This document shows positions 38,986-52,930 of a DNA stretch of 64,000 nt, in pieces. Origin of the DNA: Mobula hypostoma (Eukaryota); assembly GCF_963921235.1 (NCBI RefSeq), contig NC_086108.1, positions 71,736,001 through 71,800,000 on the forward strand. Reading direction: 5' to 3'. The notes beneath the pieces were generated by a model, which made no database searches, was not told the DNA's origin, and saw nothing but the letters and a program-made list of their open reading frames with translations. A program made the translations under genes and the position numbers. How positions within the stretch are numbered: the stretch's first letter is position 1; each line of letters opens with the position of its first letter.

Positions 38986-40199
38986 TTGCCTAATACCCCA
39001 AACCATCTCAAGCTCTGCCAAAATATTTTCCAGTAAGATGGTGGCGCGTTTGGTCACAGCGGCTTCTACGGGGTCAAAAAAGCATGTTACTGTCCTATTT
39101 AAACGTATTTCTAATGATCGCAAGATCTTGCTTTACGTTAAGAACTTACGGCACTGCAGGTCTACGCCATCAGTAAGTTGCTTGCTGGTGGAGAGAAATG
39201 AAGGAGCTGTGCAAGGTGCTGCTGCTGGAGTCGATGGAGGCCTACAGTGAGTGGTTGTCATGGTCGCTTTTCTTGTGATCCTAAGACCATTTTGGACATT
39301 GTTAATCTGGTATTCAGCAAGTTCAATTCGCTGATTTATTGGCTGAGAGCAGGGGTTTGAGGATGGCGGGGTAGTGCGTGGCCTCGGTCGTAGCAAGGAG
39401 TAGGCCTCAAACCATGAATATCACCCGTTTCCAGCCACTCGGAGATAGGCGTTGAAGCCGGTGCACTTCACCAAGGGTGGCATGGCCCAGCATCCTGGCT
39501 GGAGTCATGCTGTCCCTCTCCAAAGCTCGCTCAGCTGAGGACAAGCTCTATTGTGATCGACTGAAGACTTCAATGGACTGAAGGCTCTGGACTATATACC
39601 TATATATTTTGCATGGTTGTATTTTCACTGATATGTTCTTGTTACCTGGTAAATGCGAGGACCGCGGCGTTGCCTGGGGAGGCATCGGGAGCGGTGTGGC
39701 GCGGTGTCCAGGCTGGAGTCCGTGCTGCCCTACCGCTGTCCGCTCAGCAGAAGACAGGATCTATAGTGGTTGACTGAAGATTTGATGGGCTGGGGACGGG
39801 ATTATATACATGTATATTTGTATTTTATGGATATTCTGTATGGGCTTGTTATCGTGTATGTACGAGGACTAGGCCCCACGCTGTGGTGTTGTCTGTGGTC
39901 AGGGCTGGTTCACTCCCCTGGGTGTGGTGTTGGGTAGCGTCCGGGCTGGAGTCGCTGCTGGGTGGGTGGGCATGGGGGATGATAAGTAGCTGGAAGGTGA
40001 TAAGTGAAAAAGGTGAAGGGCTGAGGAAGGAGGAATCTGATAGAAGAGGATAGTGGAGCATGGAAGAAAGGGAAGCTGGGTAAGGGTGGAGTTGGTGTGG
40101 TACCAGAGGGAGCTGATGGGCACGTGAGGAGAAGACAAATAGTGAGGAGGGAATGGAAGCAAATCATATCTGGGAAGAGCAAAGAGCCAAAATTCGAGT

Positions 40200-41187
40200 A
40201 ATGCAGTTAACGTGGAGGAGCTGGAGATAGTCTTAGTCATAGGGAGATACAAGTCTGTGAAGGAATTTGGAGGAATTAGAATTCTGGGCCACTGGTATGA
40301 TGTCACCCTTTTGAAGCACGTGGAAATCTCCAACTACAGCAGTGAGATATTGAAGATGTCCTTGAGTGGTCCTGCCAGTTGGTTGGCACAGGTTTTCAGA
40401 GCCCTGTCAGGTACACCATCAGGGCCTGATGCCTTGCGAGGGCTCACCCTCTTTTAAGATGTTCTGGTGTCAGCCTCTGAGACAGAGGTCATGAAGTCAC
40501 CAGATGCTGTAGGGATTTGCACAGGTGCAGTTTTATCCTCCCTTTCAAGGTATGCATAAAGGATGTTCAGCTCATCTGGGAATGAAGCATCTCTGCCATT
40601 CATGCTGTTATCTTCACTTTGTAGGAAGTAATGGCCTATTATAGCATCTCCATCATGAGCACTAGTCTCTCCAGCATTCAGGACACCTTCAGAAGGCAAA
40701 ACCTCAAAGATGGCGGCATCTATCATTGAGAACCCTAATCACCCAGGACATGCCCTCTGATCACTGCTGATCACCCAGGACATGCCCTCTGATCACCTAG
40801 GAGATGCCTTCTGATCACTGCTGATCACCCAGGAGATGCCCTCTGATCACTGCTGTTCACCTAGGAGATGCCCTCTGATCACTGCTGATCACCTAGGAGA
40901 TGCCCTCTGATCACTGCTGCCATCAAGGAAGTGGTAAAGGAGCCAGAAGACACACACTCAACATTTCAGGAACAGCGTCTCCCTCTCCGCCATCAGATTT
41001 CTGAATGGACAATGAATCCATGAACACTACCTCAGTGTACCTTTCTCTCTCTTATTCCACTAATTATTTAAGTTTCTTTTTTATCTATACTTCTTATTGT
41101 AACTTACAGTTTTTATTATGTATTGTTGCTGCAAAACAACACATTTCACAACATAGACTAGTGATATTAAACCCTATTCTGATTCTG
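40200..41187. mobile_element. Rex1/Babar fragments in opposite orientations (minus ~40200-40630, plus ~40640-41187)
   Basis: Minus: [21 protein letters not shown]; plus: 3' end with ctgattctg tail. Confidence 0.7.
40738..40919 (+). repeat. 32-bp minisatellite, 6 units (one shortened to 22 bp)
   Basis: Unit atcacc(c/t)agga(c/g)atgccctctgatcactgctg starts at 40738, 40770, 40792, 40824, 40856, 40888. Confidence 0.95.
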
Positions 41188-42589
41188 AGGGAAATATTTA
41201 ATATTCAGTTCTAGTTCAATCTAGTTACAAAAGCTGTTTACTGTTGACAGTTTACACAGAGAAGTACTGTTGTAGTTTTTGATACCTCAGAGAACACTGA
41301 GACCTTGTATTTACAGTATACCTACAGAATGTACTTGCCACTATATTCAATGTTGAATCATTTATCAGATGATTAATTCAGCATGCCATACTCAGATGGA
41401 ACATTTAGTTTTCTGTATGAAGTAATTATTTGGCAGCATATGACCTGCACTTAAAACCTGATGTGCATTGATAAAAGCCTTCCATTTAACCATTACACAG
41501 TATTACATATTGTTAAGGTTAAGAGATGCCTTAGCTGCGAAGTGCAAGTGCAAGTGCAAGTGTAAACAAATTATCACCAACTGCATAAAAAGCTTATTGT
41601 CAGAGTGTGGCCTGGAAACAGGTTTCCTTTAGCCCAAACCTAATCCTGTAGGTAACTTCACAATAAATAAGGATATGCAGGTCATTATGATTTTAACCTT
41701 AGTTGAGTCAAATAGATGCTGAAGTGAATAGTAAATTGTCTGTTTCTGCACTAAGTCTCTTAAGTCCAGATTCTCATCTACATGGGCTCAGTCAGGCTCC
41801 CAAATCTCATGGGAAACAATAGGTGTCCAGTGATTGTGTGTGGGAATTTGAGCGAGTTCACACTCTGCATACCCTTGGCACAGGGCAGGATGGCTACTTC
41901 AAAAGGTTAGGTAGATATATACCTAAAATATAATAACCCTGGGCTTGGTGAAGAACCTGATTATGATTGTGTCTTAGTGAAGCAGTGATAGATACTATTT
42001 CCTCTTCTGTGTAGTTAATCCAAGCTCAGTTCAGGGAGCATACACTATTTCTATTTCAGTATCTCAACAGCTTCCTGGAATAAAGATTTTTCAGTTGTTT
42101 TAACAGGACAGGTGTAGGGAAGATTTGTTATTAATTCTGGCATTTCATGAATGCAGGCTGTCCCAGAATTGGTTATGAAGTTCTTTAGAAGGACCCGCTG
42201 TTATATATGAGATGTGACACCAGATTTTAGCAGTAGAAGCTCATGGAGCTATGATGGGTACTTTATTCACTTACTGTGGGATGGAAGGAGACCAATTTGT
42301 GCATTGAGTCATGCAAGCTTTCAGCAGAGCAATTCCGTGTCCCAGCAACCTCTACTTACTTCCTTGTACCTTTGTACCTTTGTACCTGTGCTGTTACATG
42401 TACATACTCATCAACCCTCTTCTGGCTCTTTATTCTCCAAGTTCAATTCATCCATTCCTTATCCATCCCAAATCGCCCCTTGAACCGAGCATTTATGAGG
42501 CCATTTCGACCTGTAGATAAGTGACAAACATTATTATTATAGCTGCTGTCACGGCAAGCCAGATCAGATAAAGAAATGCAGATTTCTTC

Positions 42590-45500
42590 ATCAAAAGCAG
42601 AACATACTGGAAGCACTCAGAGATCACAGAGCATCCATGCAGAGAGAAAATACGTTAATGTTTCAGGGCAATGACCTTTCTTCAGAACTGAAAAAGAGAA
42701 AGCAAGCGTGTTGTAAATTGAAGGCTGTAGGAGAGGAGAACAAAAGAATGCTTTGATTGGGTAGAGACCAGTTTATATACAAGGAAGTAAGGGAGAGGGA
42801 GGGGGAGGGGTTGTGGAGATAAAAGAGAAACCAGGTTGTACAATTATACATGATAGAAAAAGGCCTTTCATGTTGATCTTTTTGCCCATGTACACTAATC
42901 CTACTAACCAGCATCAAAATGTTATCTGTGTGTGTCTTCAAGTGTCTGTACAATGTGTCTTTTAAATGTGGTTAACTGTATCGGATTCCACCAACACTGA
43001 TAATGCATTTCAAATATTAACAACTCAGTGTAAAATCAAAATTCCACAGATTCCCTTCAAAAGTCCATTCTTAAACCAATGCCCTCTTGTTTTGATACCC
43101 CTGCCATGAAGAAAATGTGTATTGGGGAGGGTATAGTCCCTCCAGAATGCTGAAAGGGAAGGGGAAGTTGTGCCTAATGGCAGAAACCACTAAAGATTGC
43201 AAAAGTTACAGAGAACGATTCGTTAGTTATTAAGGCTGGTATGACAGAAGGTAAGGACAAAGAGAACTCTCTTTCTGGGTGGGAGAACAGAGTGTCAGAT
43301 CAGATGTGCAGGACCATTAGTTTGTGGGTTTGTAGTGGATACTGGTAGCTAACATTTCCCTTGTGTTAAGAAAAGGAGGGAAAGAGTTAGAGATGGACCA
43401 TTAATTAGTTCCCAAGGGTTTAGATGGGGCAGAGTTTGTTAAGTGTGTCCAGGACGGACTCCTGTCACAGTATGTGGACAGGCTGACTAGGGGGAAATGC
43501 CATACTAGATCTAGTACTAGGCAATGAACTGGGTCAGGTCACAGATCTCACATTGGGTAAGCATCTGGGGGACAGTGATCACCGCTCCCTGGCCTTTAGC
43601 ATTATCACGGAAAAGGATAGAATCAGAGTGGACAGGAAAATTTTTAATTGGGGAAGGGCAAATTATGACGCTATAAGGCTAGAACTTGCGGGTGTGAATT
43701 GGGATGATGTTTTTGCAGGGAAATGTACTATGGACATGTGGTCAATGTTTAGAGATCTCTTGCAGGATGTTAGGGATAAATTTGTCCCGGTGAGGAAGAT
43801 AAAGAATGGTAGGGTGAAGGAACCATGGGTAACAAGAGAGCTGGAAAATCTAGTCAGGTGGAAGAAGGCAGCATACATGAGGTTTGGGAAGCAAAGATCA
43901 GATGAGTCTATTGAGGAATATAGGGAAACAAGAAAGGAGCTTAAGAAGGGGGTGAGAAGAGCAAGAAGGGGGCATGAGAAGGCCTTGGCAAGTAGGGTAA
44001 AGGAAAACCCCAAGGCATTCTTCAATTATGTGAAGAGAAAAAGGATGACAGGAGTGAAGGGAGAACCGATTAGAGATAAAGGTGGGAAGATGTGCCTGGA
44101 GGCTGTAGAAGTGAGCGAGGTCCTCAATGAATACTCTCTTTGGTATTCACCAATGAGAGGGAACTTGATGATGGTGAGGACAATATGAGCGAGGTTGATG
44201 TTCTGGAGCATCTTGATATTAAGGGAGAGGAGGTGTTGGAGTTGTTAAAATACATTAGGATCGATAAGTCCCCGGGGCCTGATGGAATATTCCCCAGGCT
44301 GCTCTATGAAGCGAGGGAAGAGATTGCTGAGCCTCTGGCCAGGATCTTTATGTCCTTGTTGTCCACGGGAATGGTACCGGAGGATTGGAGGGAGGCGAAT
44401 GTTGTCCCCTTGTTCAAAAAAGGTAGTAGGGTTAGTCCGGGTAATTATAAACCGGTGAGCCTTACATCTGTGGTGGGAAAGCTGTTGGAAAAGATTCTTA
44501 AAGATAGGATCTATGGGCATTTAGAGAATCATGGTCTGATCAGGGACAGTCAGCATGGCTTTGTGAAGGGCAGATCATGTCTAACAAGCCTGATAGAGTT
44601 CTTTGAGGAGGTGACCAGGCATATAGGTGAGGATAGTGCAGCGGATGTGATCTATATGGATTTCAGTAAGGCATTTGACAAGGTTCCACATGGTAGACTT
44701 ATTCAGAAAGTCAGGAGGCATGGGATCCAGGGAAGTTTGGCCAGGCGGATTCGGAATTGGCTTGCCTGCAGAAGCCAGAGGGTGGTGGTGGAGGGGGTAC
44801 ATTCAGACTGGAGGATTGTGACTAGTGGTGTCCCACAAGGATCTGTTCTGGGACCTCTACTTTTTGTGATATTTATTAACGACCTGGATGTGGGGGTAGA
44901 AGGGTGGGTTGGCAAGTTTGCAGACGACACAAAGGTTGGTGGTGTTGTAGATAGTGTAGAGGATTGTCAAAGATTGCAGAGAAACATTGATAGGATGCAG
45001 AAGTGGGCTGAGAAGTGGCAGATGGAGTTCAACCCGGAGAAGTGTGAGGTGGTACACTTTGGAAGGACAAACTCCAAGGCAGAGTACAAAGTAAATGGCA
45101 GGATACTTGGTAGTGTGGAGGAGCAGAGGGATCTGGGGGTACATGTCCACAGATCCCTGAAAGTTGCCTCACAGGTGGATAGGGTAGTTAAGAAAGCTTA
45201 TGGGGTGTTAGCTTTCATAAGTCAAGGGATAGAATTTAAGAGTCGCGATGTAATGATGCAGCTCTATAAAACTCTAGTTAGGCCACACTTGGACTACTGT
45301 GTCCAGTTCTGGTCACCTCACTATAGGAAGGATGTGGAAGCATTGGAAAGGGTACAGAGGAGATTTACCAGGATGCTGCCTGGTTTAGAGAGTATGCATT
45401 ATGATCAGAGATTAAGGGAGCTAGGGCTTTACTCTTTGGAGAGAAGGAGAATGAGAGGAGACATAGAGGTGTACAAGATAGAGGAATAGATAGAGTGGAT

Positions 45501-46090
45501 AGCCAGCGCCTCTTCCCCAGGGCACCACTGCTCAATACAAGAGGACATGGCTTTAAGGTAAGGGGTAGGAAGTTCAAGGGGGATATTAGAGGAAGGTTTT
45601 TTACTCAGAGAGTGATTGGTGCGTGGAATGCACTGCCTGAGTCAGTGGTGGAGGCAGATACACTAGTGAAGTTTAAGAGACTACTAGACAGGTATATGGA
45701 GGAATTTAAGGTGGGGGCTTATATGGGAGGCAGGGTTTGAGGGTCGGCACGACATTGTGGGCTGAAGGGCCTGTACTGTGCTGTACTATTCTATGTTCTA
45801 TATGTGAAAGTGAGGGTGGGGTGGAAATTGTCAGGAAGGAGAAAGACATTTTTGAGATCTGTGCAAGTGCAGAGAATGGTACCAACAGAATCATAAAAAT
45901 AACGGAAATATAATTAAAGTTGGGGGCTTCTGAGTATTTGTGCTGAAGATGAGTCGGATGAAACCAGGTGAATGGAAAATATCAAAGTGGTTGAGGGCAT
46001 CAGAGGTGTTAGAAATGTCAATGGGATAGAGCTGAGCAAGTGGACAGAGAATAGAGACAATGTATGTGGAAACAAATTCTATTGGGTGGC
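42590..46090 (-). mobile_element. Old PLE remnants (terminal repeat with hammerhead 42653-42690; RT remnants 43120-43401 and 45802-46090) split by a CR1
   Basis: Minus strand cagttCTGAAGAaaggtcattgccctGAAAcattaac; NFHPTLTFT|WSIS continues across the CR1. Confidence 0.65.
43402..45801 (+). mobile_element. Young 5'-truncated CR1 LINE
   Basis: ORFs 43553-44188, 44140-45489 (449 aa RT) and 45495-45740; tail ctattctatgttctat. Confidence 0.96.
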
Positions 46091-46374
46091 AATGGACTCA
46101 AAAATTACCTACTTCTTTTTATCTCTTCTCTTCACAGTCTCCAACATATAGCTTCCCATCCAAACACAGATCTCTTTTACCCTCTCCCTGAGATACCCAA
46201 GCAGGCCTCTCCCTTCTATTACTTCCAAGCTAGAATGGTCCGTGTCATGAAGTTGAATTGGGTTTGATAGGGTTGTATGATAGTGTTTCACTGTAATCTC
46301 AACTTAATTATTTCAAATATATTTATCTATCTTGAAGTAGATATCATCACGATGTCACTGTTTTATGATGTTAC

Positions 46375-46600
46375 TTGAGAGATGAATGTTGGACAGATCA
46401 CCCACTCTGGAATGTTATCACCGAATCTCTTATGTTAACCAGAGGAATCAGGGAGATCTTGATTTAATGTCCTCCAAAATATAACATTTTTGACAGTGTA
46501 GCAACCTCATAGTACTGGAGCTACTGAACCAGGGTATCAACCTCGATTTTTATGATCGAGTATCTGGAGAGAACATGAATCCAAAACCTAGTTCAAAGGA
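46375..46600 (-). mobile_element. Ancient Deu-domain SINE relic
   Basis: gatttaatgtcctcc...tgacagtgtagcaacctcatagtactg...tctggagagaacatgaatcc resembles the DeuSINE reverse complement; related relics near 46810-46950 (-) and 54765-55050 (+). Confidence 0.5.
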
Positions 46601-47344
46601 ACGTCTACTCCAACAATAGATTGAGTTTAGATAGCCAAGACTAGAATTCATCATGGTTTCACCAAGACCACTGGGACATATTTGTTAGTGGCATAGTTAC
46701 TTTACAAATTGTGTGGGCTGCATTTATTAATACTTTGGAATGGTAATAAAAATGTTAATTAATGATGGCAGCATTAACAAACATTTTTGATGCATTGTCA
46801 ATGAGGTAAGTAAGGGGAAAAGGTGGCCAATATGCACATAGCAAGTCCCACATGTAATAGTCTAGTTTTGCACAGTTAATAACATTTAGATTCAGGAGTG
46901 ACAATTCCCCCGCACTTCAAGATAATACCAAATGATCTTTTACATTCACCTTGTATGTTGATGATTGCTGCACTAGTTAGTTATAGAAAGGACACATTTA
47001 TACACATTAGTCAATGATTTCCAACTGAATATTTATTGGAATATTTATTAATATCTAGATGATGGAAATGATATAGGGAAGGAGCGTATTTCTGGCAGTT
47101 GAGTTACATGCGATTTTTCCAAACAAGAGGCGCTAGAGTCATGTATCAGTTACTGATTGTAACATACAACGAATAAAATTTGCATTCGGAACCCAAAATG
47201 ATTACAACCACTTGGATTCATGACAGTTTTAAACTTGAAACTAAACAGTATTGCCTTAGAAATATGCATTAGCTAAAGACATTCCGTTGCAACCAAGTTT
47301 AATGGGGATCACATAGGAATCGGTGGAGATTTTAAAAATTACAG

Positions 47345-47890
47345 AGCTTAATACAAACTGCTGGGGGATCTCAGCAGGTCAAGCAGCATCTCTGGAGGCA
47401 AAGGTGTGGTTGGTGTTTCAGGCTGAGAAGATAATCAGTGCAAAAAGGTGAAAGGAAGATGGGAGACAGGTACTAGGTGATTGGTGGGACCAGGTGAAGT
47501 GGTAGGTGATAGGCAGATAGAGCAGGAGGGAAAAGGGGAGCAGTGGGCAATAGCTGGAAACAGATAAAGAAAATAATTTGGGTAAATGGAGTCAGGTGGG
47601 GGAGAGGACAGGAAAGGATGGCCAAGAGAGAAGAGACCAAGGATCATATGTGCGGGAGCAGATATGGAATCAGGTAGGAGAGGGTAAAAAATCTAGGGAA
47701 TTTAGGGGTTTGGTGGGGGAAGGAAAGAGCAGAAGAGGAGAACAGAAGGAGTAACAACTTAGGAGGACCGAGAAAGGAACAAATATATGAGTTACTTAGA
47801 ACTGGAAAGGTCAATGTTCATACAATTAGGTTCTTGCTACCCAGGTGTAAAATGAGGCATTGTTCTTCTAGTTTGCACTTGCCTTATCAT
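47345..47890 (-). mobile_element. Old PLE 3' fragment
   Basis: Terminal-repeat motif tgctgggggatctcagcaggtcaagcagcatc; purine-rich UTR; KLEEQ.LI...G....MNID-like end. Confidence 0.7.
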
Positions 47891-48842
47891 CTCTCAAGTG
47901 CTTTGCAAGAGCAGAAGCAGGAAGCTTGTAGCTATGACATGCTGGCCCTTGTTATGTTAGATTGGATTCAGTAGGAACTTCAGGGGCAATCCATTTTGGA
48001 ATTCAGAGCTGATGCAAACAGTTAACTTTTTTGCCACTTTCTTGTTTTTGATTTAGTTTTCTTTTTTTTTGCAAGGAGGGATGATGTTAGACTTACTCAC
48101 CCAACCCTCAGGGTATCCTTCCCTCCATGAGAGCTGGAATCTTTTTATGCACACTTGACTGGGTGTTGACCACCACGACATGTTCTATTGGTACCAGCTT
48201 GTCATTTAGAATGGCTGTGAAGCAAGTCAGCAGTGAACATGGATTCAGAAAAACAGCTTACATCCAGTTACAACAGATGAATTCCAAACCTATCCCAAAA
48301 TGTCAGGCAGAGTTAATATCAATGTCCACAGATGTTCATGGTAGATACCAGATTCTTGCTTTAATGGAGAAAAGATCTTAGAGAATGGGGATGGGATATA
48401 TGGAGATGCCATAAGATGCACGCTCCTTTGAATTATGTCTGTAAGATTAGAATATAACAATGTACTGTATCTTACTGATGTCCTTCACTGTCGTTCAGAA
48501 TGTTGAGAGGCTATTTTCAGTGAGCTGGTCCTGCAATTTCATGTGAGCCACATAATTATCTTCAGAATGGAAATATCTGCCAGGATTCCCCCTTTCACAT
48601 TTATTTATTTTCATTATGTTATTAGTAATCCATGAATAACACAGCATGGTTTCTGATGATCTTAATCCCAAATAATTGAACACAGCTCAATAAAGTGACA
48701 CAGGTCACAAAGCAAAAGAACCATGTAATTTCCTACGTCAGTCAAGTTGTCATGTCAACCATTCATCATCATGTAGCTTCCTCCACACAGATTGCTGGAG
48801 GCTGAAGATACTCATCTTTCACTGGAAGAATTTTACAACAGA

Positions 48843-51800
48843 TAGAAACATAGAAAACCTACAGCACAATGCAGGCCCTTCAGCCCATAATGCTGGGCTG
48901 AACATATACTTACTTTAGAAATTACCCAGGGTTACCCATAGCCCTCTATTTTTCTAAGCTTCATGTACCTATCCAGGAGTCTCTTAAAAGACCTTATCGT
49001 ATCTGCCTCCACCACCGGCACCGGCAGCCCATTCCACACACTCACCACTCTCTGCATAAAAAACTTGCCCCTGGCGTCTCCTCTGTACCTACTTCCAAGC
49101 ACCTTAAAACTGTGCTCTTTTGTGCTAGCCATTTCAGCCCTGGGAAAAAGCCTCTGACTATCCACAAGACCAATGCCTCTCATCATCTTGTACACCTCTT
49201 ATACATATCAGGTCACCTCTCACCCTCCATCTCTCCAAGGAAAAAAGGCCAAGTTCACTCAACCTATTCTCATAAGGCACGCTCCCTAATCCAGGCAACA
49301 TCCTTGTAAATCTCCACTGCACTCTTTTCTATAGTTTTCACATCCTTCCTGTAGTGAGGCGGCCAGAACTGAGCATAGTACTTCAAGTGGGGTCTGACCA
49401 GGGTCCTATTCAGCTGCAATATTACCTCTCAGCTCCTAAACTCAATCCTACGATTGATGAAGGCCATTGCACCATATGCCTTCTTAACCACAGAGTCAAC
49501 CTGCGCAGCAGCTTTGAGTGTCCTATGGACTCGGACCCAAGATCCCTCTGATCCTCCACACTGCCAAGAGTCTTACCATTAATACTATATTCTGCCATCA
49601 TGTTTGACCTACCAAAATGAATCACATCACACTGATCTGAGTTGAACTCCATCTGCCACTTCTCAGCCCAGTTTTGCATCCTATCAATGTCCTGCTGTAG
49701 CTTCTGATAGCCCTCCACGCTATCCATAATAACCCCAACCTTTGTATCATCAACAAATTTACTAACCCATCCCTCCACTTACTCATCCAGGTCATTTATG
49801 AAAATCACCAAGAGTAGGGGTCCCAAAGCAGATTCTTGAAGCACATCACTGGTGATCGACCTCCATGCAGAATATGACCCGTCTACAACCACACTTTGTC
49901 TTCTGTGGGCAAGCCAGTTTTGGATCCAGAAAGCAATGTCCCCTTGGATCTCATGCGTCCTTACTTCTCAATGAGCCTTGCATGGGGTACCTTGTCAAAT
50001 GCCTTGCTGAAATCCATATACACTACATCTACAGCTCTTCCTTCATCACTGTGTTTAGTTACATTCTCAAAATATTCAATCAGGCTCGTAAGGCATGACC
50101 TGCATTTGACAAAGCCATGCCGACTATTCCTAATCATATTATGCTTCTCCAAATGTTCATAAATCCTGCCTCTCAGGATCTTCCCCATCAACTTACCAAC
50201 CACTGAAGTAAGACTCATGGTCTATAATTTCCTGGGCTATCTCTACTCCCTTTCTTGAATAAAGGAACAACATCCGTGACCCTTCAATCCTCTGGAACCT
50301 CTCCTGTCCCCATTGATGATGCAAAGTTCATTGCCAGATCATCTCCACCCTCGCCTCCCACAATAGCCTGGGGTACATCTCATCTGGTCTCGGTGACTTA
50401 TCCAACTTGATGCTTTCCAAAAGTTCCAGCACATCCTCTTTCTTAATATCTACATGCTCAAGCTTTTCAGTCTGCGGCAAGTCATCACTACAATCACCAA
50501 GATCCTTTTCCATAGTGAATACTGAAGTAAAGTATTCATTAAGTACCTCTGTTATCTCCTCCAGTTCCCTACACACTGTCACACTTGATTGGTCCTATTT
50601 TCTCATGACTCATCCTCTTGCTCTTCACATACTTGCAGAATGCCTTGGGGTTTCCCTTAATCCTGTTTGTCAAGGCCTTCTCATGGCCCCTTCTGGCTAT
50701 CCTAATTTCATTCTTAAGCTCCTTCCTGCTAGCCTTATAATCTTCTAGATCTCTATTATTACCTAGTTTTTGAACCTTTCGTAAGCTTTTATTTTCTTTT
50801 TGACCAGATTTTCAACCGCCTTTGTACACCATGGTTCTTGTACCCTACCATCCTTTCCCTGTCTCATTGGAACGTACCTATGCAGAACTCCACGCAAATA
50901 TTCCCTGAACATTTGCTACATTTATTCCATACATTTCCCTAAGAACATCGGTTCCCAATTTATGCTTCCAAGTTCCTGCCTCATATTTCCACTTAATCCA
51001 ATTAAACGTTTTCCTAACTTGTCTGTTCCTATCCCTCTCCAAAGCTATGGTAAAGGAGATAGAATTGTGATCACTTTCTCCAAAATGCTCTCCCTCTGAG
51101 AGATCTGACACCTGACCAGGTTCATTTCCAATATCAGATCAAGTACAGCCTCTCCTATTGTAGGCTTATCTATATATATATTGTGTCAAGACACCTTCCT
51201 GAACACACCTAACAAACTCCACCCCATCTAGACCCCTCGCTCTAGGGAGATGCTAAACGACATTTGGGAAATTAAAATCTCCCACCATGACAACCCTGTT
51301 ATTATTACACCTTACCAGAATCTGTCTCCCTATCTCCTCCTTGATATGCTTGTTACTGTTGGATGGTCTATAAAAAACACCCAGTAGAGTTATTGACTCC
51401 TTCCTGTTCCTAACTTCCACCCACAGAGACTCCGTAGACAACCCCTCCATGACTTCCTCCTTTCCTGCAGCCGTGACACTATCTCTGATCAACAGTGCCA
51501 TGCCCCCACCTCTTTTGCCTCCCTCCCTGTCCTTTCTGAAACATCTAAATCCTGGCACTCGAAGTAACCATTCCTGCCCCTGAGCCATCTAAGTCTCTGT
51601 AATGGCCACAACGTCATAGCTTCAAGTACTGATCCATGCTCTAAGCTCATCCACTTTGTTCATAATACTCCTTGCATTAAAATAGACACATCTCAAACTG
51701 TCGGTCTGAGCGCCTCTCTTCTCTGTCATCTGCCTATCCTCCCTCTCGCACTGTCTACAAGCTTTCTCTATTTGTGAGCCAACCACCTCTTCCTCTGTCT

Positions 51801-52930
51801 CTTCAGTTCGGTTACCACCCTCCCAGCAATTCTAGTTTAAACTCTCCCCAATAGCCTTAGCAAACCTCCCCGCCAGGATATTGGTCCCCCTGGGATTCAA
51901 TTGCAATTCATCATTTTTGTACAGGTCACACCTGTCCCAAAAGAGGTCCCAATAATCCAGAAATCTGAATTCCTGCTCCCTGCTTTAATCCCTCAGCCAC
52001 GCATTTATCCTCCACCTCATTGTATTCCTCTACTCACTGTCATGTGGCACAGGCAGTAATCTCGAGATTACTACCTTTGTGGTCCTGCTTCTCAACTTCC
52101 TTCCTAACTCCCTGTAGTCTGCTTTCAGGATCTCCTCCCTTTTCCTACCTATTTCATTGGTACCAATATTTACCACGACCTCTGGTTGTTCTCTTTCCCA
52201 CTTGAGGATATTGTGGACACATTCTGAAACATCCCGGGTCCTAGCACCCGGGAGGCAAACTACCGTCCGTGTTTCTTTCCTGTGTCCACAGAATCGCCTG
52301 TCTGACCCTCTAACTATAGGGTCCCCTATCACTGCTGCCTTCCTCTTCCTTTCCCTACCCTGCTGAGCCACAGGGCCGGACTCTGTGCCAAATGCGTGGC
52401 CACGGTTGTTTCCCCCTGGTAGGCCGACCCCCCCCGCCCCCCAGCAGTACTCAAGCAGGAGTACTTATTGTTAATGGGCTGCCACTGGGTACTCTCTAGC
52501 ATCTGACTCCTGCCCTTCCCTCTCCTGACTGTTACCTACTTATCTGTCTCCCGAGGCCCCGGTGTGACCACCTTCCTATAGCTCCTTTCTATCACCTCCT
52601 CACTCTCCCTGACCAGACGAAGGCTATCGAGCTGCATCTCCAGTTCCCTAATGCGGTCCCTAAGGAGCTGCAGCTCGACGCACCTGGTACAGATGTGGCC
52701 GTCCGTGAGGCTGGGAGTCTCCACGGGACCTCCCACATCTGACACCGAGCACAGAACACCAGCCTCACACACAGAGTTCCTGTCTGAATTCTACACAGGC
52801 AACCTACCTCGCCATGACCCGTTACCACCGAAAGCCCTCTTGCTCTGTCTCCCTCTACTCTGTCGCCCACTCCTCTGGCGTCCGCTCCGTGAAGCTGTCT
52901 CGCTTGTTCACCCGCTTGCACAGTCGTGCC
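48843..52930 (-). mobile_element. Full-length CR1 LINE (5' UTR, ORF1 zinc finger and SGNH esterase, ORF2), inactivated
   Basis: CARCQMWE and CTRCVELQLL; VIGDPIVRG, NIGTNE; APE 51253-51588; RT fragments; (CTATGTTT)n tail. Confidence 0.94.

Noticed and set aside
40738..40919. CRISPR-like array
   Set aside because: Units are contiguous with no unique spacers; eukaryotic LINE context; no cas genes
42270..42510. Minus-strand coding exon (GRNGLINARFKGRFG...)
   Set aside because: Acceptor-like site, but all three frames stop before a credible donor
47118..47137. CTCF site
   Set aside because: Only a partial match to the motif and no independent support
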